Source: Candidatus Melainabacteria bacterium 17Bon1m
GTDB taxonomy: Bacteria; Cyanobacteriota; Vampirovibrionia; Obscuribacterales; Obscuribacteraceae
Direction: 5' to 3'
Assembly (NCBI GenBank): GCA_032128875.1
Contig: JAVLKG010000006.1
Span: 314,828 to 378,827 of the forward strand
Length of the DNA: 64,000 nucleotides
The position numbers and the translations under genes are program-made. The notes under the pieces are model-generated. The model ran no database searches. It worked only from the letters and a program-made list of their open reading frames with translations, and was not told the origin of the DNA. Below are positions 57,994-64,000 of this stretch, piece by piece. Within the stretch, counting starts at the first letter, position 1; every line of letters begins with the position of its first letter.

Positions 57994-59757
57994 TTGACTG
58001 CCGCAAGGCAAGGGTATGACCAACAGTTCGTGACTCGGCGTCTCTTAATTCCTCTGGCATTTGCTGGTCCGTTGCTTATCGCGGCGGGAGTAGGTCTGAC
58101 ACCAGCGTGGTGCGGCGAAACAACAAAGACTTCGACCGACGAGATTATGGCGCTCAAAGCAAAGCCCGGTGACGTCAACGCCGCTTCGGTGAGAGCCCGA
58201 TATCTTAAAAAACTCAGTCCTGGCGGACGAGCTTACTTTTATGTCAATGCTCGTGAATTGAAGCTTGCGCTGAAGGAACTCTCGAAACTGCCAATGTCTA
58301 TTCGCGATTCTGGTAGCGCACTGTATCTGAAGGCGTTTTGTCTCGCGTCAGTGCATAAGTTTGCGGAGGCGGTTCCTTTCTATGAACAGGCGAGGAAAAA
58401 GATTGGTGGCTCTTTCCGTCCAGGGAACGCTTTTTACGAGGACTACGTTGTAGCTTTAACCCGCACGAAGAAGTATTCAGAAGCACTAAAAATGGTGGCA
58501 TTGGCGAGACAGGTGCCGGTTGATGGTCGATACAAGGGTGACTGTGGGTACATTAGCATTGGCGTTGACGAAGCCGCATTGTTAGAGCTTTCCGGCAGGT
58601 ATGAAGAGGCTTTCAAAGCATATTTGGCGTTGTTCCGCGACAAGGGCACACAGTTTGGATTGAACATCCCCCTACTTGGCTCACAGGAAGAGCAACAAGC
58701 TGCCATTAGTTGGTTGAAGAAGAACACTTCAATGCCGAATGATCTTAACGAAGTTCAGAAAGCTGCATACTTTGTCAAACGAGGCAAAGCAAATCTATCG
58801 CTAGGAAAGAATGACGATGCTATTACTGATTTCAAAAAGGCGCGGACCCTCGGCGACGACTACCTCACTAACAAGTATATCGGCGACAAAGTCGGCATGC
58901 GCAAAATCAGAGAGCAAGCTTGTGCAAATTTGATGAGGCTTTATTACGCTAAAAAAGACTTTGCTAAGTGTTGCGAAAACATACGACCCTTCTTTGGTAA
59001 CGAACCTATTGAAGAGTGCGGTCTGGGCTCTTACAATGTTTGTCTGCAAGATGTCATCGAAGTCGCCGCTCCTCAGGATGTTTCTGCGCATTCAGTTGAA
59101 GCGGAATCAGTAATTCTTTCAAGCCCGCAAGAGCGAGCGGAGATGGAGTCGAAGTGGACTCACCATCAAAAGCTTCCGACTATGTCGAAGTCTGTGCTGG
59201 AACGCAGCGAGGGATTGGCAAATGCTCGGAATTTAGCGAGTAGAGGCGATTTCGCTGGAGCATATAACGCACTTGTGCACTATGAGTCAGCTGCTGAGTC
59301 AAATGGACGCGGCAATCCTAAAAATGATGAATTTTATTTGTATAAGTCTAAATTTGGTTGGAAAATAAAACTGCAACGAATGGCGTGTGGTTTGGCATCT
59401 GGTAAGACTGATGTATCTCTGAGTTTTGCATCGCGTGATGGAGCATATATAACTGTGCCATCTACGATTGAACAATGTTTGGTTGAGCGCTTAAACCCTG
59501 ACGAGGTGCAGTTTGCCTGGCGAAAGAAATTCGGTCGAGCCATCGATAACGAAAGACTCTGCTGGAGCCGTTTTGCGTTTGCCATCAGCCGAATGAGAAA
59601 GCAAGATTTCAAAACAGCGCGCCAACAGTTTGATGCCATACTTGCTGCGCCTCCTACTCCAGATGACTTGCAGCTGTTTGCTAAAGCGATGAAAGGTTTC
59701 GTCTCAAAGCGCAAGACTTCAATGAGAAGTTTTGGCGGTTGGAGAAAACCATCTTGA
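57994..59757 (+). CDS. Exported TPR-like protein
   Basis: Signal peptide (PAWC); TPR-like helices. Confidence 0.7.
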   Translation: MTAARQGYDQQFVTRRLLIPLAFAGPLLIAAGVGLTPAWCGETTKTSTDEIMALKAKPGDVNAASVRARYLKKLSPGGRAYFYVNARELKLALKELSKLPMSIRDSGSALYLKAFCLASVHKFAEAVPFYEQARKKIGGSFRPGNAFYEDYVVALTRTKKYSEALKMVALARQVPVDGRYKGDCGYISIGVDEAALLELSGRYEEAFKAYLALFRDKGTQFGLNIPLLGSQEEQQAAISWLKKNTSMPNDLNEVQKAAYFVKRGKANLSLGKNDDAITDFKKARTLGDDYLTNKYIGDKVGMRKIREQACANLMRLYYAKKDFAKCCENIRPFFGNEPIEECGLGSYNVCLQDVIEVAAPQDVSAHSVEAESVILSSPQERAEMESKWTHHQKLPTMSKSVLERSEGLANARNLASRGDFAGAYNALVHYESAAESNGRGNPKNDEFYLYKSKFGWKIKLQRMACGLASGKTDVSLSFASRDGAYITVPSTIEQCLVERLNPDEVQFAWRKKFGRAIDNERLCWSRFAFAISRMRKQDFKTARQQFDAILAAPPTPDDLQLFAKAMKGFVSKRKTSMRSFGGWRKPS

Positions 59758-61550
59758 GCCTGAGGAACAAGCTCCTAATTCTTTTGATGCTGCCGATGGT
59801 TTTGCAGATTCTTTTGGCTGGCTCGATTTATCAGTTGTACGTAAAGTCGGAGGAGCTGCGCCAGCGTGCCGAGCAAGCGCACCTTGTGAGCGAACTCTTC
59901 GCCAGAGCCTTTGAAAAGCATGCAATTTTAACAAGTGTTTATTCGGGCGATTTGGCGTTGCAAGATAGGGATTTTCACCAAAATGCAGAGCGCGCAAAGG
60001 CAGGATTTAATGTTGCGTGCGCTAATCTCGGACGCTTGTTGAAGGATGATTCGGACGTTCAAGCGGCTCTACGTACGATATCTACTGAAGTAACCCACAT
60101 CGATCCTATTCAGAAACAATTGGAAGAGAATTGGTCCACCACCGAAGTTCAAGGCGGACCATCCAGGCAATTTTGGTGGGCAGATCTTCGGAAAATCATT
60201 TCTCAAGAACTTTTGGAAGATCTCAACAAGATTGACAGTAAATACAAATCATCATATGAGATGAACGTCGCTCAGGCTGTAGAGACGAATAAAAAACTCG
60301 CATTCACGATCGTTGTTCTGTGTGTGGTTGTAGCTGGATTCTTTGTGGGTGGAACTATTTTCCTTCTCAACAATATCGGCACACGCTTCCGTATCATGAA
60401 GGAAAACACTTTTAAGTTGGCGAGCAGTCAGCCGCTCAACGCCCCGCTCGGTGGCACTGATGAAATTGCCGATATGGACAAAACGTTTCACATGATGGCG
60501 AAGTCCTTGAGTGATTCGACTAAAAGAGAACGCGCAATCATCGACAATGCCAAGGATGTGATTTGCACTTTGTCAAAGGAACTGCGTTTTGAGTCAGTGA
60601 ATACAGCCTTGGAAAACCTTTTGGAACGCGGATACAGCGATATTCTTACTGTTCCGCTGTTGCGCTTTTGCCGAGCTGAGGATGAGCAGAAAATCAATGA
60701 CTATTTTTTGCAAGCACGAACTTCCAATCAGGACAAACCGCTGGACTTGGATTTAATTGCATCTGAGTCAAAAACGGTGTCGACCGTGTGGTCGGTCGTT
60801 TGGTTTCAGGATTTGAATTCGTATTTATGCGTTGTGCATGACGTCACTGAACGTCGGAAGCTAGAACAAATGCGTAGCGATATATTTCGCATGGTGACGC
60901 ATGATATTCGCACTCCACTCACTACGATAGATGCGCTTATTACTTTCTTGGAAGAAGGATATCTTGGAGAACTCAACGAGCGGGGAGTAAAAATGACGGG
61001 CAATGCATCTCAAAGCGTTCGCCAGGTGATAGGCCTCGTCAATGACTTTCTTGTTGCTGAAAAACTGGATGCCGGCGACTTCGAGTTGGACCTAAATGAT
61101 GAGCAATCGTCGCCAATGGTTGCGGAGGCTCTTTCGTCGGTCACGGGTGTAGCCCTTCGTAAGAAAATTTCCTTGACTCAGTCTGGTGATGATGTGTGTG
61201 TCTCTTGCGACCGCGACCGCATAATTCAAGTGATAGTAAATTTGCTGGGCAATGCGATCAAGTTTTCCTCAAATGATTCTGAAGTTAAAGTCTCTGTTGA
61301 AGCCATTGGTGACTGGGTTGAATTCCAAATCATTGACCATGGTCGTGGTATACCGGAAGACCAGCTTGATCATGTCTTCGAGAAGTTCAAGCAAGTGTCT
61401 TCTGCTGATTCTAAAAACATGGGTGGTGCCGGACTTGGTCTGAGCATCTGCAAGTCAATGGTGGAGAAGCATGGCGGACAGATTGGAGTTCGCTCGAAGA
61501 TTGGCGAGGGAAGCACATTCTGGTTTCGTCTTCCAACAGCTAAACGTTGA
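59739..61550 (+). CDS. Sensor histidine kinase (TM, HAMP, PAS, HisKA, HATPase)
   Basis: THDIRTPL, NLLGNAIKF, DHGRGIP, GAGLGLSI. Confidence 0.95.
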   Translation: MEKTILSLRNKLLILLMLPMVLQILLAGSIYQLYVKSEELRQRAEQAHLVSELFARAFEKHAILTSVYSGDLALQDRDFHQNAERAKAGFNVACANLGRLLKDDSDVQAALRTISTEVTHIDPIQKQLEENWSTTEVQGGPSRQFWWADLRKIISQELLEDLNKIDSKYKSSYEMNVAQAVETNKKLAFTIVVLCVVVAGFFVGGTIFLLNNIGTRFRIMKENTFKLASSQPLNAPLGGTDEIADMDKTFHMMAKSLSDSTKRERAIIDNAKDVICTLSKELRFESVNTALENLLERGYSDILTVPLLRFCRAEDEQKINDYFLQARTSNQDKPLDLDLIASESKTVSTVWSVVWFQDLNSYLCVVHDVTERRKLEQMRSDIFRMVTHDIRTPLTTIDALITFLEEGYLGELNERGVKMTGNASQSVRQVIGLVNDFLVAEKLDAGDFELDLNDEQSSPMVAEALSSVTGVALRKKISLTQSGDDVCVSCDRDRIIQVIVNLLGNAIKFSSNDSEVKVSVEAIGDWVEFQIIDHGRGIPEDQLDHVFEKFKQVSSADSKNMGGAGLGLSICKSMVEKHGGQIGVRSKIGEGSTFWFRLPTAKR

Positions 61551-61626
61551 GGACAATGATCGTTGAACCTCTAAAAGTATAGGCTCCTCTGCTAGCGCTT
61601 TTGAAAAACGGTCTATAAGATGACAG

Positions 61627-61652
61627 AAGACCGAAGTGGGCACTTCGGTCTT
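61627..61652. terminator. Hairpin between convergent genes (probable terminator)
   Basis: AAGACCGAAGT-gggc-ACTTCGGTCTT perfect 11-bp stem. Confidence 0.75.
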
Positions 61653-61697
61653 TCCGGCTTGGTTTTAAACTGTGCAGTTGGCTTTCGTCTCGATAAC

Positions 61698-62363
61698 TTA
61701 ATCGCTTACTTTCCCTCTCGCAATTACTTCGCTTTGTATTGAATGTTCGTCGAGGTTTCTTTTCAGAGTAAGCTCCCCCCAAGAGTTGCCGGTTACGAAA
61801 TAGCCGCTACCGCTGAGCTTTTCTTCAAGCTTTTGATTTAATTCAGTGGACGCGGTCACCGCTTCATCTGGCGCCTTACCTCTCAGTGCATCCAGCGTTT
61901 GTTGAAACATTTTTCTTGCAATCTCTTCTTTGTCAGACTCACGGCCCTCTTTTGGCAGCACGGCATTACTGTCATTTTGTATTGCCGCTTTTGGTGTTGC
62001 ATCCGATGGTGTCCCATCGTTTTGTAGGGAATGCTTAGGCGTCGCGTCTATTGAATGCCCTGGTCCAATTGGTTCTGACTTGGTATCCGGTGCGAAGTTT
62101 TTCTGCTCGCCTGGTTCGCCTTCACCTTTTGTTTTGACGACTGAGTTTTCGTATTTTGAAATGCTGCTTGCTGGCGATGTTCCATCTTTAATTACTTCGT
62201 CACCATCCATCAGCTCAACACAGGGTAGATCTGCATTTTTGCACTTTGGCTGCTCGTAAGACCATTTCTTCATTTCACCGTAGATTTCTTGCAATCCTTG
62301 ATGAATATCTTGGGGTGTTGGTTTTACTAAAACGTCAGCGCTTTGCTCTAGAGTGTTTGCCAT
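61698..62363 (-). CDS. Hypothetical protein without signal peptide
   Basis: AGAGG upstream of ATG 62363 (MANTLEQ). Confidence 0.7.
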   Translation of the reverse strand: MANTLEQSADVLVKPTPQDIHQGLQEIYGEMKKWSYEQPKCKNADLPCVELMDGDEVIKDGTSPASSISKYENSVVKTKGEGEPGEQKNFAPDTKSEPIGPGHSIDATPKHSLQNDGTPSDATPKAAIQNDSNAVLPKEGRESDKEEIARKMFQQTLDALRGKAPDEAVTASTELNQKLEEKLSGSGYFVTGNSWGELTLKRNLDEHSIQSEVIARGKVSD

Positions 62364-62596
62364 AATTATCGTGCCTCTTGGGTCAGTTTTGAAGCCGGTG
62401 CCATCGCATTCGGCTTTCACATTTGCACCTTAAGGACGATGCATAACCAAACCATGGCATCGACAACTTCGTCCGAAACGGCAAGTCGTAACGCCCACCG
62501 GTGCGCTCTCTAAGGATGGTTATAGTTTGGTTAGACCACTTCTTCATAGTTGGGAAGTCGAAGTTCTTCGACGTTTCTATCTGGAGGGGTTAATCA

Positions 62597-63946
62597 ATGG
62601 CAAGCTCAATGGTAAATCCGCTTGAATCACTGCAGCAACGCGATGAAAGTGCATTTGAAAGTCAACCGACTAATCGCTTGATGGAATCCGTTAATACGGA
62701 AAGACAATCCTCTTTTCAGCAATTACGTGTTTCTCACGATGCTTCAACCAGCGAACAGGCATTGCTGGATTTTGGAACAGCGGGAGAGCTATATGGAGCA
62801 GGTGAACTTGTTGAAGTTGAGCCTAAATCATTGCTGGAAAATCAAGCCTCGTCTTATGCGCTGGGTTTGGAGTTTGCTCACAACATGCGCATTTTCGAAG
62901 AGCGCATGGGCTCGACAGCTGACGGGCAATCAGCGATAGAAAACACTTATAGGAACATCTCAAATTTGCTGACCTCGACAGATGCGAATTTGGCGACAGA
63001 GCAGAGAGTAGCCCTGGCTCAAGAATTGATGGAACACGCCGCTGACCCATTGAACATAAATCAGGGCGCTTACAATACGTGCGTTCCGGCTTCTATGCAG
63101 GGGAAAATGTGGTCAGAACATCCGGACAAGGCTGCTCAGATAATTTCACAAGCTGCCCTCTATGGCGCTTTCACTTTGGCGGATGGCTCTGTCATTACCT
63201 TGGATAGTAATTCGATTCTGTCCAGTTATCAGCCCACCGTAAAGGGATTGGAGAACGTAAGCCAGCGCGATCAATCCGAACAAATACTTCAAACTGCGAT
63301 CATGAATGCATTTCTTCAACCGAAGCAACTGGAATATTCTGTGGTCGCACCCACTGATGGTTCCACTGGTGAGCGCATCTCTCCAATTGGTGATTCTTCC
63401 ACTAATATCTTTCCGCGAGGGTTGCCTACCGTCCAAGATGAACCCTTGCTCGCGGAAACGTATGCAAGATTGACTGGCGATAGTTCAGGCATTGGTAGAG
63501 ACTTCCTGACGAGTTTTCGTGATGCATACAACGCCACTGAACTTGGGGAGCAACTTTCCCAGATGAAAGAGGCTAACAATTTTCCTCAGTTGGCATCGAT
63601 AAGCACGATGGATCCAATTGTTGCTTCCGTGATTGGAGAAGCCAATGCTCGTGCTGCTGCTGAGCAAGGTATCTCGAGGCATGTGGTTTTGATCGAAAAC
63701 TATGATGCTAATTCCGGTATTGTCTATGTTCGCAATCCTTTGAATGGTGGCAGTTCAACTGCTGTTTCGCTGGAGAACTTTTCCCACGCATTGAGGAATC
63801 ATCAGCTGAATGAGCAAGAAATGGTCATGAAGACTTTCTCCGACGGTGTCCTATTTTATGAGGGCAAAATGACTGATTTAGACTTGCAGGAAGGCGCGGC
63901 GGCGTTGCCAGATAGTCAACGCCTGATTGGCGTCAAATTAAATTGA
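62597..63946 (+). CDS. Putative papain-fold cysteine peptidase (C39/calpain-like) without signal peptide
   Basis: GGAGG RBS; INQGAYNTC (Gln oxyanion, Cys), RHVVLI (His), VYVRNP (Asn). Confidence 0.72.
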   Translation: MASSMVNPLESLQQRDESAFESQPTNRLMESVNTERQSSFQQLRVSHDASTSEQALLDFGTAGELYGAGELVEVEPKSLLENQASSYALGLEFAHNMRIFEERMGSTADGQSAIENTYRNISNLLTSTDANLATEQRVALAQELMEHAADPLNINQGAYNTCVPASMQGKMWSEHPDKAAQIISQAALYGAFTLADGSVITLDSNSILSSYQPTVKGLENVSQRDQSEQILQTAIMNAFLQPKQLEYSVVAPTDGSTGERISPIGDSSTNIFPRGLPTVQDEPLLAETYARLTGDSSGIGRDFLTSFRDAYNATELGEQLSQMKEANNFPQLASISTMDPIVASVIGEANARAAAEQGISRHVVLIENYDANSGIVYVRNPLNGGSSTAVSLENFSHALRNHQLNEQEMVMKTFSDGVLFYEGKMTDLDLQEGAAALPDSQRLIGVKLN

Positions 63947-64000
63947 ACGTCAACGACAATTAGAATTGCGCTTTTAGGACTTCCTTTCCTCCTTTGCTGC

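Overview
Gene-dense bacterial chromosomal window with about 60 CDS. I recognised no rRNA, tRNA, CRISPR array, transposase or integrase. The gene content (three membrane-anchored Hanks-type Ser/Thr kinases, an orphan TadE/TadE/TadG pseudopilin cassette, many TPR and secreted hypothetical proteins) resembles non-photosynthetic Cyanobacteriota (Vampirovibrionia/Melainabacteria, Obscuribacterales-like); this taxonomy is my inference. Recognisable housekeeping genes are rpiA, a PolX-PHP/LigC pair, MATE, an amidase, patatin, two SDRs and a sensor kinase. The most notable observation is a probable hidden selenoprotein: the 67-aa ORF at 24967 and the 298-aa ORF at 25186 are in one frame, joined by a TGA at the thioredoxin active-site position (CAGVSGIW-U-PGK), with a bacterial-SECIS-like hairpin just downstream. 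Other observations: a Rieske-fold protein lacking both His ligands but carrying a Cys-rich insert; a PolX with substituted catalytic aspartates next to LigC; two paralogous secreted proteins resembling permuted papain-like enzymes with Ser replacing Cys; and signal-peptide-less proteins sharing an N-terminal hydrophobic-x-hydrophobic-x-D motif and a partly shared upstream DNA element, a possible non-Sec export regulon.
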